Positions 38,629 through 52,397 of a stretch of DNA of 64,000 nt are shown here, piece by piece. The notes beneath the pieces were generated by a model. That model ran no database searches. It had not been told where the DNA came from and was given only the letters and a program-made list of their open reading frames with translations. Both the position numbers and the translations under genes were made by a program. The stretch's first letter is position 1; each line of letters starts with the position of its first letter. The stretch lies in NCBI GenBank assembly GCA_951406725.2, contig OX597816.1, positions 121,148,001-121,212,000 on the forward strand, read 5' to 3'. This DNA is from Octopus vulgaris (lineage: Eukaryota).

Positions 38629-40679
38629 CGCACACACACATGTACGTATATATATATACTTATATATGTGTACGTATATATTCGTATATATATATGTACG
38701 TATGTATGTATGCATGTGTGTATGTATAGATGTGTCTATGTGTGCATGTGTGTATGTGTGTATGTATGTATGTATGTATGTATGTATGTATGTATGTATG
38801 AATGTCTTCCGTCTGTTTTACAAGGCCTGAAACTTTGCAGGAGAACGGGAGAAGGCTAATCAATTACATCAACCTCCCCCAACCCCAGGGGCTGAACTGG
38901 TACTTATTTTATCCACATGAAAAGATAATGTCTCTCTAACACTTTCTATCATATCTGTTCGCTCTACATTATCTGTTTCTTATCTGTCTCTCTCTAAGTC
39001 TCTGCGTGGTTATCTTTTCAACTATCTATCTTCTTTGCTACCTGCCTGCATGCCCTGTCATCCTGCCCGTCTATTTGACGCTTTTCATCTACCCGCACAT
39101 ATTCAAATTTAATTTTTGTTTTGTGTTTCCCTGAATTTAATAAATTATTCCATTCTCAATTAGCTATTCAAACTCTATACCTCTTTTATCCTTTACGCTG
39201 TTCTCTACGATTTCGTAGAGGAAGACTACCACGCAGATAGATGTATGCATGCATATTTCTATGTATGTATGTATGTATGTATGTATGTATGTATGTATGT
39301 ATGTATGTATGTATGTATGTATGTATGTATGCATGCATGTATGCATGCATGTATGTATGTGTGTGTATGTGTGTGTACGCATGTGCAGATGCGCATTATG
39401 CATTCCTTTATTCCATGTCGGAGCACCGCCATTATAAGTTCGTGTGCATATGCTTGTAAATTATATACTTCAAAATTTATTCAAAATTTCCTGAGTTACA
39501 TATAAAGACGTACACGCACACTCATTTGTGTGTGTGTATGTGTGAGTGTGTGTGTGTGTGTGTGTGTGTCCGTGTCCGTGTCCAAAGCATACAACCATTA
39601 CTCGCTATTGTCTCTCCCTTGCTAATATTCAACCACATTCCTTCATCTTTCATTGATCGTCGCCATCTCAACAAAATGTTTCGTTGACAGCATAATAAAC
39701 GAATTACGTGTAATTGAGAAGAAATTATTAGATTTCTGCACTTTCATTGTCTTTTTTCTTCTTTTTTTTTGTGAACTGTGATGTTATTATTACTTTCCTT
39801 TCTTTCTTTTATTCATTTACTTCTCGCTTCCCTTTATTCTTTTCCTTTTTTTCTCTTGCCATGTTTTTCTCCTTCGTTCGTATTTACTCGGAATGCGATG
39901 TGGCAAACCGCCAAGATAATGGAGCTTTTCAAGTAGATCGGCCGCACTTTCAAAATGTCGACCATTTTGCGATGAGTTTTTTTTTTTGTTTTGATTTACC
40001 CGGATGCTGAAGGGAATATTGCTCACACATGTCTCCGGGAATTAACCTGTAATATGTTGCTGTTGTTGCCGTGGTTTTTGTTTTTGTTGTTGTTGTTGAT
40101 CTTTAATCCCAAGATGGTATCTGAACAAGCAAGACTTATCATTAACTCTTCTGTTACGATGTTTCTGCTGAAATATTCTGCCTTTCTCTCAATTAATAGT
40201 TCTTTCTACAATAGTCACAAGGCCCAAACTTTCCAGGAGAACGGGAGAAGGCTAATCAATTACATCAACCTGGTACTTATTTTATCCACACGAAAAGATA
40301 AAGTCGACTTCAGCGGAATATGAACCCAGAACGTAAAACCAGAAGAAATGTCGTTCATCAGTTTGTCTAGTACGTTAACATTTCTACCAGCTCGCCATCT
40401 TTTTGTTTCGATTAACACTGTTTCTAATAGTTATTTAAATTTTTTGCCACAAGGGCAGCTTGCAGGGAGATGGGGATGAGTCAATTACATTGTCCCCAGT
40501 ACACCCCGAAAGGATGAAAGGCAAAGTCAACCTCGGCGGAATTTGAACTCAGAACGTAGCGACAGGCGAAATACTGCTAAGCATTTCGTTCAGCGCACTA
40601 ACGATTCTGTCAGCTTTGACAGTGTTTCAAATAATGATGAATCTAGTAAACTAACTTTGTCATTATTAATAAGGTGTTT

Positions 40680-41530
40680 AAGGCAGCAAGTTGGAAGAGT
40701 CGTTGGCGCGCCGGGCGAAATGCTTAGCGGTATTTCGTCTGCTGCTACGTTCTGAGTTCAAATTCCGCCGAGGTCGACTTTGCCTTTCATCCTTTCGGGG
40801 TCGATTAAATAAGTACCAGTTACGCACTGGTGTCGATGTAATCGACTTAATCCGTTTGCCTGTCCTTGTTTGTCACCTCTGTGTTTAGCCCCTTGTGGGT
40901 AGTAAAGAAATATGTATTTCGTCTACAGCTACGTTTTAAGTTCTGCTGAGGTCGACATTGCCTTTCATCCTTTTGGGTTCGATGAAATAAGTACCAGTTA
41001 CGCACTAGGGTCGATGTAATCGACTAGCCCCCTCTCCAAAAATTTTCAAGGCCTTGTGCCTACAGTAGAAATAATCATTAATCAGGTGTTTATGGCGGCG
41101 AGCTGGAAGAATCGTTAGCACGCTGGACGAAATGCTTAGCTGTATTTCGCCCGTTGGTACATTCTGAGTTCAAATTTCGCCGAGGTCGACTTTACCTTTC
41201 ATCCATTAGGGGTACCAGTTAAACACTGGGTTCGATGTAATCGACTCATCTCCTCTCCACCAAAATATTGCTGCCCTTGTGGCAAAATTTGAAATCATTA
41301 TTAATTAGGTGTTTAAGGCGGCGGGCTAACAGAATAGTTAGCACACCAGGTGAAATAGTTAATGTCATTTTGTCCACCTTTACATTCTGTGGTCAAATTC
41401 CGCCGAGGTCGACTTTGCCTTTCATTCTTTCGGGGGTTGATTAAATAAGTACCAATTACGCACTGGGAGCGATGTAATCGACTTACCTTCACCCACCAAA
41501 TTTCAGGTCTTGTGCCTTTAGTAGAAAGGG
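40680..41530 (+). mobile_element. Head-to-tail array of SINE B copies
   Basis: Three headed units plus one internal truncated unit, separated by the linker taatNaggtgttta. Confidence 0.88.
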
Positions 41531-41790
41531 TTACTAATGAGGTGTTTAAACTTAGATCTCTTTAAAATAAGAAATTTGTATCATAGAACAAAAAGCTGTT
41601 CCAGGTGATTGATCTCAAAAGAGTGAAGTCGTAAGTCGTTCACTGTCTGATCATAGATTTCTTATAATTTTTGTATTCATTTATTTTATAAAATTGTTCT
41701 CCAGTGTTGCTTTCTTGTTCAATGATTGCGCTTTGCTGATAGTTACTTGGGTCATGGACATCTCTAAGAATTTAGACTACATAATAGACG

Positions 41791-41876
<86 letters not shown>

Positions 41877-42679
41877 CCCTACACATTCAAATATTATATT
41901 TGTTGCTGGCTTGCTTAGTTCCGTCCAGTTTGGTCCCGAATGCGCAGATTTTATTTTTCAAGATGGCAAGGTGTTATGTGAAGGAGATTGGTTTCTTTGT
42001 TTTAATGACATAATAAACTATCGTTTTCCCAGGTGCTACGCTGTGGGACTGAATCCGGAACCATGTGCTTTGAAAGCTAACGTTTTACCAAGCAGCTACA
42101 CCTGCACCTCAAGAGAGAAGCCCGTCGTATATATGTATATGTATATATATATATCTGTATGTCTTTGTGTCTGTGTTTGTCCCCCACCACCGCTTGATAA
42201 CCGGTGTTGGTGTGTTTGTGTCCCTGTAACTTGGCAGTTCGTCAAGAGTTATCGATAGAACAAGTACCAGGCTTGAAGAAAAAGTACTGGGGTCGATTCA
42301 TTCGACTAAGAATTGTTCAAGGTGGTGTCCTCGCATGACCGCAGTCTAATGACTGAAACAAGTAAAAGACAACCGATAGAAGACATAAATACATAAACGA
42401 ATACACAAGCACAAACATAAGACAAATCAGCTAAGAAAAATAACTCAGAGTGGTCAGCAGCATGCATATAAACAATATACAAGTATATAAAATGCTTCAT
42501 AAAGTTTTGGTTTTTTTTATACCTATTGCTGCCTCCAGGAGATGCATCACAATTATCAAACGTCAACTGAGAGCTGTTCTATACGAGAAGCGGAGATTAT
42601 CTCAAGAGTCAATAATTCTCCAAAGTTGACATGCAATTAAGAAAAAGAACAAGACTATTTGCCCAGAGATAACAGGATA

Positions 42680-42724
42680 GTCATGGACACGTGTTTCTAC
42701 CTCAATAGGTGTCATCAGTGTGAC
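42680..42724 (-). ncRNA. Hammerhead ribozyme downstream of a PLE endonuclease remnant (42737-42920)
   Basis: gtcaca-CTGATGA-cacctattgaggta-GAAA-cacgt-GTC^catgac with a palindromic stem III. The upstream ORF contains YIWYLK, matching the PLE YIW.LK motif. Confidence 0.75.
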
Positions 42725-43398
42725 AGTTGCTCAATCCTATCTCCAGTAGCCAAGGGACATGGGCATGGACAAAAGGTGTAGAACGCATTTATTTGTGTTC
42801 TTATACAAGTTATTTGTATAATTTAGATAAGTAATTTTGTATAATCTAATTAAAAATGAGCTCAGAGTGTCCAGTGGCATGTATGTGGAGAGCATACACA
42901 AGTACAAGTACTTCAAATACCATATATATTGCGGTCTGAGTTTCAAACATCACGCGGGCCAACTTTGTCTTTCTTTCTTTCGGAGTCAATAGATATAGTA
43001 CCAGTCGTGTACTGCGGTCGAGTGTTCTCTGTCTGTCTACATGCATCTCAGTCTGTTTGCCTCTGTGTGTGTGTGTCTCTCTCTCTTTCTCTCTCTCTCT
43101 TTCCCTCCTTCCCTTTCAGTCTCTTCTTTAAAGAAATCGGATGTGTTTAAACCTGGAAGTAAATTCATTCTACCAAGTCTAAAAATATCCAAGACGCACC
43201 GTATGTGAGGACGGCGCCCCTACAGCTCCATTAGGAATTGAGGACATATGGCAAGTTATAATACAAATACCCATAAACACACATACACACACTTATACGC
43301 CACATGTGCATATATATATGTATACATATACATACATAATATATATATATATACAGAAAGAGAGGGGGAGAAAGATGTGTATGAAAGAAATGTATATA

Positions 43399-43462
<64 letters not shown>

Positions 43463-43486
43463 TCCACATATTTATAGACATACACG

Positions 43487-43531
<45 letters not shown>

Positions 43532-44040
43532 TCACACACACTCACATGCTCCACTTTAGTTTTAAGAGTTGTGCATACATGCAATTAATGTAGACTAACT
43601 CACTTATGTTTGTCAGTCAGGCAGGCAGGTAGACTGTTAGTCGCAGTAACTTCACTTCAATTATATATATCATGAATAAAAACAACAAGAACAACAGCAA
43701 CAGCCGCAGCAGCAACAACAATAACAACAACAACAACAACAACAATAACAAACTAACAGACTAAAAGAAGCAACCCTGCAAGCAAAACCAAGGCTGTAAA
43801 ACAAGCCAAGTAAAGATATGCGAACAAATCAACAGGCCATTTTATAATGAATGTTGAGCTAAGGTCACTGAGGAAAAGTCTAACAAGGCGTTTTTTTTTT
43901 CTTTGAAAGTAAACTCCCGTTTCTTTAGCTGCATTGTTGTTGTATAACCTCTGGTTACACAACCACCTATGATTGAGTAGACAGATATTCAAAGGTTGTT
44001 TCTGTTTAAAGGTATTTTTTGTTTGAGAGTACTAAATTCA

Positions 44041-44375
44041 ACATGTGTTATGAATAAAATGCATAATGCGATCACTTGTCATGTCCATATGAATCTTGCT
44101 GTCGGTGTATGCCTCGTAGTTAAACGACCACTTTTGAATGGCCTAGACTTAGAAGCACGCTAACTTGTTTCGTCATTTTTTAAGAATCATCAGGCATTTT
44201 ATTTTATTTTTATTTTATTCATAACGTGTTATGAATGAAATATATATACGATCACTTGTCGTGTCCACATGAGTCTTGCTGTCGTTGTATGCATCCTGGT
44301 TAATTGACAAGGTCTGAGTTCCTTAAGCTTAGGATCATGTTCACTTCTTTCGTCTTTCTTAAGAATCATCAGGGA
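44041..44375 (-). repeat. Two tandem units of about 180 bp, each with a degenerate HHR
   Basis: Units begin at about 44041 and 44223. Minus strand has CTGATGA-ttcttaaaaaatgac-GAAAC and CTGATGA-ttcttaagaaagac-GAAAG. Confidence 0.7.
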
Positions 44376-44519
44376 TTAATTAAATCTGCCTTACAAACAA
44401 TCGACAGAAGGAAGCCAATAATTACTTATCAAACATGTAAATAAGATTGTAACACAAGGCTCACCCACACACACCCACACAAACACACACACACACGCTC
44501 ACACACACACACACACACA

Positions 44520-45005
44520 TATTGGTTTCAAATTTTGATACATAGCCAGCAATTTCGGGGGAGGGGTAAGTCGATTACCTTGGCCCCAGTACTCAACTGG
44601 TACTTATTTTATCGACCCCGTAAGGATGAAAGGCAAATACAACCCTGGCGGAATTTGAAATCAAAATGTAAAGACGGACGAAATGCCGCTAAGCGTTTTG
44701 CTCGACGTGCTAACGATTCTGCTAGCTCGCTGCCCCAAGGTACATATATATACTGGTGAAAGTTTAACGTTTAACTACAATACAAAACTTAAGGCAGCTA
44801 GCTGGCAGAATCGTTAGTACTCTTGACAAATGCTTAGCAACATTTCGTCTGTCTGTAGGTTCTGAGTTCAAGTTCCGTCGTGGTCGACTTTACTTTTCAT
44901 CCTTTCGGGGTCAATAAAATAAGTACCAGTTGAGATCTGTGGTCGATGTAATAGACCATCCTACTTCTACAAAATTTCAAACTTTGTAATTGTAATAGAA
45001 AGGAT
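44520..45005. mobile_element. Two divergent SINE B copies (44520-44735 minus, 44790-45005 plus)
   Basis: Family B consensus. The plus copy is flanked by ttaactacaataca duplicates. Confidence 0.8.
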
Positions 45006-45165
45006 TTTTAACTACAATACAGGATGGATTTTGAATAAATATGTATACGAAGGTTATATCGATATGCTTAATAAATAAATGTATATTTAAACATATTTAG
45101 TCTAAGTGCGAAAGTAAGTCTCATGGTCAAAATACATGAGCATTCGGCATCTTACAATGAGATAC

Positions 45166-45208
45166 AAACTGACTAGTTTCGTCTTTCAGAAAAAATTCAT
45201 CAGAGATC
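45166..45208 (-). ncRNA. Minimal hammerhead ribozyme
   Basis: ct-CTGATGA-attttttctgaaagac-GAAA-cta-GTC^ag with palindromic stem III ACTAGT. Confidence 0.68.
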
Positions 45209-45960
45209 GTTTACATCTGACTTCCAGGTTGCCAGAAATAAGTAGTATAGACCACTCAGAAAATCACTCAATCTACAAAGAGAGAAGGAAAGGGGTAGAG
45301 TGCAGCTTACAAGTACTTTTGCAAAATACGTTGAACTGCTTTTGCTCAGTGAGGCTAAACGTATGTTTATTTAAAGTACATTTTATTAAAAATACATGCT
45401 TATTAAAAGTACGGAAGTAAATATATCTACAAACTTATCCTCACATGCTGTGTCAGTACTCTTTTACACTTTTGTTCTATTCATTGGACTGCGGTCATGT
45501 TGGAGCACTGCCTTGAAGGGTTGTAATAGAACAAACCGACGTCATGCGAATTTTTAAAAGCCTGGTACTAATTCTATCAGTCTCTTTGTCGAACTATGGA
45601 GATATAAACAAGTCAACACTGGTTGCCAAACGCGCACAAACACACATGTAAATGTCAAACAATGAGTATGGGTGCTCAACAACGCATTGGTAGATAAAGG
45701 ATAAAGTTTCTTTATTTGTGTATTAAGGCTACCATTGGTTTCATGTTAAGAAAATATCTTATCTTAATTTTCAAGCCGATCACATGGAGGTGTTGTGTCA
45801 ACATGTACCTCCTTATGACAATGTAACCTTTAATCTAATCAAGATACCCTTGGTCTGAAGAGTTGGTATACATCTCACTTGGATTTTACCAATTCTGAGG
45901 TTCCGCTCGCTATGATACATATGTAGCCCGGATCTTTCCTATTCCATTCCGTAACTCTTG

Positions 45961-46072
<112 letters not shown>

Positions 46073-46461
46073 CGTGTGTGTTTGCATGTGTACATATAAA
46101 CTTCTACACAGTTTCTGTCAACAAATTTCATTCACAAGGCATTGACTGGTCCGAGGAGTAGGAGACATTTGCCTAAGGTGGCACGCAGTGGGAATGAACC
46201 CAAAGCCACGCGTTTGCGAAGTAAAATTCTTATCTTCATAGCCATGCCTGTCGCTGAAGAAATTAGTGGTAGCCACCGGTTGCCGAAACTCAGGAGTATT
46301 TGAGTTAACTAATACGCCATGACAGTAAATGTACTTGTGTGAAAATGAATAAAAACAGTACCTGTTGATCATCATTAAACATTCTCTCGTTTTCTCTCTT
46401 CCTTCACCCATTTCGGTCTCTTTCTGTCTGAATTTATCTTGCTCTCCCTTTAAAATGGATT

Positions 46462-47182
46462 TTAACAGTTGGAAGAAGGCAATCTGGGTCAAATGTTTCT
46501 TTTGGCTGTCTCCACACGTATAGTCGGCCGGTGATCAGAATAAGATAAAGGATGACTCGTCAGAGAAAATAACATTCTTCCACTGCTCTAGGGACCAATT
46601 CTGTAGGTTTTTACTCCACTCTAAACGCTTTGCAACGTTTGTTTTTGAAAGTAGTGGTTTTCTGATTGCAGTCCTCCCTTGAAATCCGGCTTTGTGCAGC
46701 TCCCGGTGAACAGTTCTTGTGGAAACTGGGTTCTCGAGGTGGTTATTAAGCTCTGCAGTGATTTTGGGTACTGCACTTTAGCGATCCTTTGTAAGAATTC
46801 GCGTAAGTGTCCAACGGTCCCTATTTGAAAGTTTTGGTTTTCTTCCGGAGTTTTGTTTCGAAGAGGAGATTTTTTTCCTCTTTCTCAAAGGCAGTCATTA
46901 CTTTCGAGACAGTACTTGATACACCGAACATTTCGGCTGTTTTCGTTACGCTAGCGCCTGCCATACAAACACCAACAATTTGACCTCTTTGAAAGTCTGA
47001 TAGATCTGTCATTTTAATGAATTCTAATTACCTTTTTCTGATGATATCTGAAAAGAAACAGCAAATTCAACAAAACATATTAAGCAACACTAATAACAAA
47101 TAAAAAAAACATAAAAATAAACAAGCTTTTGACGGTTTTATAGATATTAACACTAGGTGTTTCCATTATTTTGCCCAACCCC

Positions 47183-47184
<2 letters not shown>
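46462..47184 (-). mobile_element. Tc1-family transposon, 5' half with decayed transposase
   Basis: Minus strand gives MTDLSDFQRGQIVG..MAGASVTKTAEMFGVS and KNVIFSDESSF...VWRQPKETFDPDCLLPTVK. A terminus TA-ctggggttgggcaaaataatggaaac is present. Confidence 0.9.
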
Positions 47185-47236
<52 letters not shown>

Positions 47237-49038
47237 TACATACATACATACATACATACATACATACATACATACATACATACATGCATAATATATATAT
47301 ATATACATATATATTACTTACGTTGGTCAATAACCGATAAATGAGAAAGGAGTGTTCAGTTCCTGTTGATAAGTGTATGATTTTTCCCCCATTAAAACTG
47401 AAACCGGATGCTTTTCTCACGACTCGAGTTTCACGCCAGGGTTTCGTCCACTCCTAGACAATCAGTGCTGTTTGTTTGAGTCCCCGTAACTTAGCGTTTC
47501 GGTAAAAGAGACCGATGGAGTAAATACAAAACTTAGAAAGGTAGGCACTTAGGTCCACCTATTCGGCTAAAACCCTTCAGAACGGTAACCCCAGCATGGC
47601 TAGAGTCCAATGATTGAAAGAAATGAGATAAAAGATATACACATACATATACATTTAGATATACATACAGATAAACTCGCACGATAAATTTAATGTAGTT
47701 AGTCTGCAATTCATAAGCGCCTACGCTTCAGAAAATATTTACATTTGTCTGTTACAAGAGATTTTTTTTTCCGTCTTATATATTCACCAATACACTAACT
47801 TCTGACAAAATGTTTTTCAAGTTAACAATATGAATATCATTTATCTTCACTTTTGATCCAAATCTAAGTGGGCACTCATAACTTCAATCACTATTTTCTA
47901 CAGGTACAGAAAGATAACGAATGAAAGAAGCACTCTGTCGTTGCCGTGAACTGTGTCATTGGATTCGGCTGTACCATATTTTAAAGATATAAAAATAGAA
48001 AAGCTTTAATCGTTTTACTGTGGAAATCAGATATTTACATTCAAAATTTCGTTGCACTTAATTGCGGAAAGCATTTTTATGCTCCAGTCTATCTTTTGCT
48101 GAAGAATGACATGCCTTCTGTTGAGAAATACTAAGTTTGTTGAGCCAAAGGACTTGCAGAAAATACGAAAATATCACTTCTATTTCATGTTTTGTTTTTG
48201 TAAAGATTTAACATCACCATCAGTATGACCAAGAAATTTAATTTCGCACTTAAAGAGTTAAGAAAATACTTCGTGTGGGAGGAAGATAGCATGAAGAAGG
48301 AACTATCTGAAAGTGTTAAACTGGTACTCGCTCACAGTGTAGAGTTACCCCGGTTTTGCAATACTCAAGACATTTATCCTGTCTTTAGCCGTTCACTATT
48401 AAAATAAAAAATAGATACCCAGAAGACAGTAAAACATCAGGCTAGATAGATATGTTCTAACTTGAAATTCCCACGACACCGACTTTGTTTTTTTTATCCA
48501 TTCCGGGCCGGTGATGCATGAATTGATCTTAACATCATGATACTTGATATTTCGATGTCTATACCACTAAGTTTTAGGGATTTTAGAATAGTTTTGACCA
48601 CTGGTGAAGCAATTTAGCTCCACTGTCGGCCAGCTATGAATTCTTATTTATCTTGGATCTCATAAAATTGTGTTTTCTCTCGTTTTATTTAGTTTATTTT
48701 ATCTTTGTATTCGTCTGAGGGTCTCTATTTTCTTTGTTTACTGTAAACGTTCTCATATATTAAGATGTTCATTTTACCGACTTGTTTGTTTTACTTGTTC
48801 CTCGCCTTCCTGCTTTCATAACCCTTTTAAGAGGACTAAAATCTGAACGACATGGTAGCACGTAGGCTTACCGATTTGAGGACACCCTGTTTGTATTCTG
48901 TCGCTGGTACTACACTGTTGGTCTAGGCACGTATTTCACTGAATTCCACTAGTACAAACGAAAAGACATTGCGTACAATTAAAAAAAATCGTAAAATATA
49001 AGTTCGTATGCCTTGGAAAGAGAGATTTCTGGCGATTC

Positions 49039-49074
<36 letters not shown>

Positions 49075-49229
49075 TTGTTGTAAGGCTGTGAATAAAGTGA
49101 GGAGTACCATCACTAGTATCCTCGAATTTCCCTTTTAATGTCACAAAGAGTAAATATCAACATATATTTCTACCTTTAAAAAAATTTATGGAAATTATTT
49201 TTTAAAAATAGATAAAATGAACAAACAAG

Positions 49230-49950
49230 TATTAGTAGCGAATTGACCCACAAATTTAAAAACGCTTCATCAGCAAACTGCTGAATCTTCATAAACTCTT
49301 CTAGATAGTCCTTGATCATATACTGTCTTGTTCTGTTCATAGCCTTGAACTAGCTTTCTATACGCTTTGGATTTACGACATTTATTGAATAGTTAAGAAT
49401 GTTATGACTATTTCCCAATTCGTCGTTGTAAGTTGTTTCCATGTTCAACAAATGATGAATCCTGGGGCACTGTTGTGTAATAATCCAAATGACAGCCTCA
49501 ACGTGAAAATTAAAAGTCTTCTGCTTTTAATAAGTTCGCAGCCTCCGGAGACCATTATCTCTCTTATGATTCTCCCGACGTAACTTTTGCGGCACGAAAA
49601 CTAACATTCGTTAATTTTGGCTGTAATTTCTGCTCCGTTTAATTGCCCAAGATATTAGTGGAAGTATTCAAGAACTACATGCTGGCAGACTTAATTCCAA
49701 TCAACGACCGGCAGATTGCTCTTAATTTCTACTTCATGTATGATTCATTTTCCAGGACAACCTCTCGATTTATCTTGAATCTGAACATCAGAAACAGAAT
49801 AGATCAAACATTTATCAATGTTTTACGTGAGTCTTTTAAAAATAATTACCAATCTAGTGTTAGCATCAACCCTGCAGTTCTTGTTTTAGATGAAAATGAG
49901 AAAGCGTTTGATCTTTATCCTTGTTGATATTGAAGTAATTTTTCTAATAA
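49230..49950 (-). mobile_element. Merlin (IS1016/ISXO2-like) transposase remnant
   Basis: Minus strand gives VVDWN*VCQHVVLEYF...QLNGAEITAKINEC*FSCRKSYVGRIIREIMVSGGCE, LNYSINVVNP and DYLEEFM. These parallel the Merlin motifs VDW..FCR, GG.G..VEIDES, RK..GR, WVFGG, VNHS.NFVDP and YL.EF. Confidence 0.75.
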
Positions 49951-50591
49951 AACTTTATACCTATTTTAGGTGGGCGTAAAATGAATGTGAGCAATTAGTG
50001 ACAGACGAACCTATTAACGCTATTATTGTGTTTTAATTAACCAAAGAATTATAATGATTTATATACCGAAACACCAAAGTGTCACAAAGTACAATGGTTT
50101 GAATTTGTTAAAAGAATAAATGAGAAAAATGAAAAAGGGAGTTCAGCAGAGAGGAAAGAACATAGAGAAAATTAAGAAAAAAGTTATGGAAAAAGGGAGA
50201 AAAATTAGAGAAACACTTGAAAAAAGTAATTCCAGTAAAATACTAATAAGAAATAAGAACTAAATTATTATACTGGTCAATACTGAGGAAAAGTCCGGGG
50301 AGGTAGACAATTGATAGCAAATCCGAGAAGATAAAATTATATTTGACGGATTCTCCTGTCGTTTATGACGGTTGGGAGTACTACAGCATCTTGGTGAACA
50401 ATCTGCCTTGTTGATTTGTTTATAGTGACCAAATAATTGCGTTGTATATTAGCTTAAATCGGCGTTATATGTATAGGCATACAGTGCACGATCACTTCGA
50501 TCCGTCAGACGTTGATGTTGTCACAGAGCAACATGAAGTGAAGCGTTTTGCTCGAGAACACAACCCACTAGCGCAACCCGCTAACTACAAT

Positions 50592-50646
<55 letters not shown>

Positions 50647-50768
50647 ACGGTATACGCAAGTTAGGCAGAATTCTATTCAAATAACCGCCACCATATATAT
50701 CAAATACTACGGTAACTGGAGTATCAACAGGGGTCATACATTAAGTGTGATACAGACCCCCCTCTCTT

Positions 50769-50831
<63 letters not shown>

Positions 50832-50834
<3 letters not shown>

Positions 50835-51330
50835 TATTATAAAAGGCAGATTTTATCTGCCTCCCTTTGGGAGTTATAGAAATCTACAATATAGGATTTC
50901 TTCAATTACAATTTACCTAGCATTTTTGAGAGTACAATGCATCGCGTCATGCCAGGTCCAGTTTTTAAAATTTAAACTCCAATTAAGCAAAATTTACAGA
51001 AAACTCACATTCTGGTGTGTGTGTCAAATGCTTTTCTTAGTCTGGTTTACACCACACGCAAACGCACACACAGTGGGCAACGAATAAAATGAAACTAATT
51101 CACTTACTGTAGTGAGTGATTCTTTCACTCTGCCTCCCACTTCCTCTTTCCACACATAGACACGCAAATATATAAATAAAATTGTAAGCTAACGTGCGTG
51201 TGTGTGAGTGTGTGTGTGTGTGTGTGCGCGTGTGTGTGTGTGTGTGTGAGGGTGCGTGTGTGTGTGTGTGTGTGTGTGCGTGAGTGTGTGACAGGAAAGT
51301 TTTTTACGACGAATATAACACCTATATCCA
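50832..51330 (+). mobile_element. Probable non-autonomous Helitron 5' portion
   Basis: Starts A|TCTTATTATAAAAG, similar to the start at 52398. No clear CTAG 3' end was seen. Confidence 0.45.
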
Positions 51331-51342
51331 AGTAGCAGAAAG

Positions 51343-51607
51343 ATAAGACAGTAAGGTGTGATTTGAGGGAGATTTGGCTGCTATTTCTACCATGTCTAGC
51401 TGCCATGTAGGGGTCTCCCTCATAGGCTCATACATACATATATACATAGATAAGACAGTAAGGTGTGATTTGGGGGAAATTTGGCTGCTATTTCTACCAG
51501 GTCTAGCTACCATGTAGAGGTCCCCCTCATTGGCTCATATATATATACATACATAAGACAGTAAGGTGTGATTTGAGGGAGATTTGGCTGCTATTTCTAC
51601 CAGGTCT
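51343..51607. repeat. Tandem repeat, unit about 105 bp, about 2.5 copies
   Basis: taagacagtaaggtgtgatttgagggagatttggctgctatttctacca occurs three times. A related antisense sequence lies at about 56295-56330. Confidence 0.9.
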
Positions 51608-51976
51608 GTTAGGCCTTCTCATGTAAACTCAAGCTTTCTCATGCCTTGAACATAAGACCAAAGCAGAGAATGTATTCTTTTATTCTTCTGCTTTTTCCAG
51701 CCATTGGTCTGTGGCCATGCTGGGGCAATGCCTTGAAGAATTGTAGTTTAATGAATCAAATCCAGTTTTATTTTTGTAAGCATTGTACTTATTCTATCTG
51801 TTTCCTTTGTCAAACCACTAGGTGACAGGGATGTAAACAAACCAACATTCGTTGTCAAGCAGTGGTGGAGGACAATCACAAGCACAGACACGCACACACA
51901 CACACATACATGCATACACATATACACACATACATACATACATACATATATATATATATGTGTGTGTATATATATA

Positions 51977-52296
51977 TTGCAGCGTGGAAGGTGTTTGTAA
52001 GCCATTTAAGAAACACACAAAAACCGTTACATTCACTTCAACATTTAAATTTAATTTGCCAAAATATTTTCGTCGCTTTGAGACCGCGACCTGTTCACTG
52101 ACAAAAATATCGTGCTAACAGGTCGCGGTCTCAAAGCGACGAAAATATTTTGACAAATTAAATTTAAATGTTGAAGTGAATCTAACGGTTTTTGTGTTTC
52201 TTAAATGGCTTATAAACACCTTCAACGCTGCAACTGTTTTCGTTCCAGCACACGATCTCAGATCAAGTCACTTGCTATGCAAGTACATCTCTGTAA
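51977..52296. mobile_element. PLE pLTR fold-back (arms 51977-52095 and 52117-52233)
   Basis: Near-perfect inverted repeat of about 118 bp with a 21-nt spacer. Same family as 14476-14605. Confidence 0.8.
52055..52105 (-). ncRNA. Hammerhead ribozyme variant with a G3-C8 core pair
   Basis: tttgtca-GTGAACA-g-gtcgc-ggtctcaaa-gcgac-GAAA-ata-TTT^tggcaaa. Confidence 0.72.
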
Positions 52297-52397
52297 CTAT
52301 ATATATATTTATATATATATATATATATGTATATTGGTAAAAACAGTAAGATAACAAAAGAAAGAAAGAGACCTCAATATTACGTAAATAGAGGAAA

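Noticed and set aside
48206-48407. Possible exon after a pyrimidine-rich acceptor (MTKKFNFALKELRKYF...)
   Set aside because: No recognisable domain, no strong donor and no partner exons.
51343-51607. CRISPR-like spaced repeats
   Set aside because: Units are about 105 bp with homologous intervening sequence, in eukaryotic repeat context, with no cas genes.
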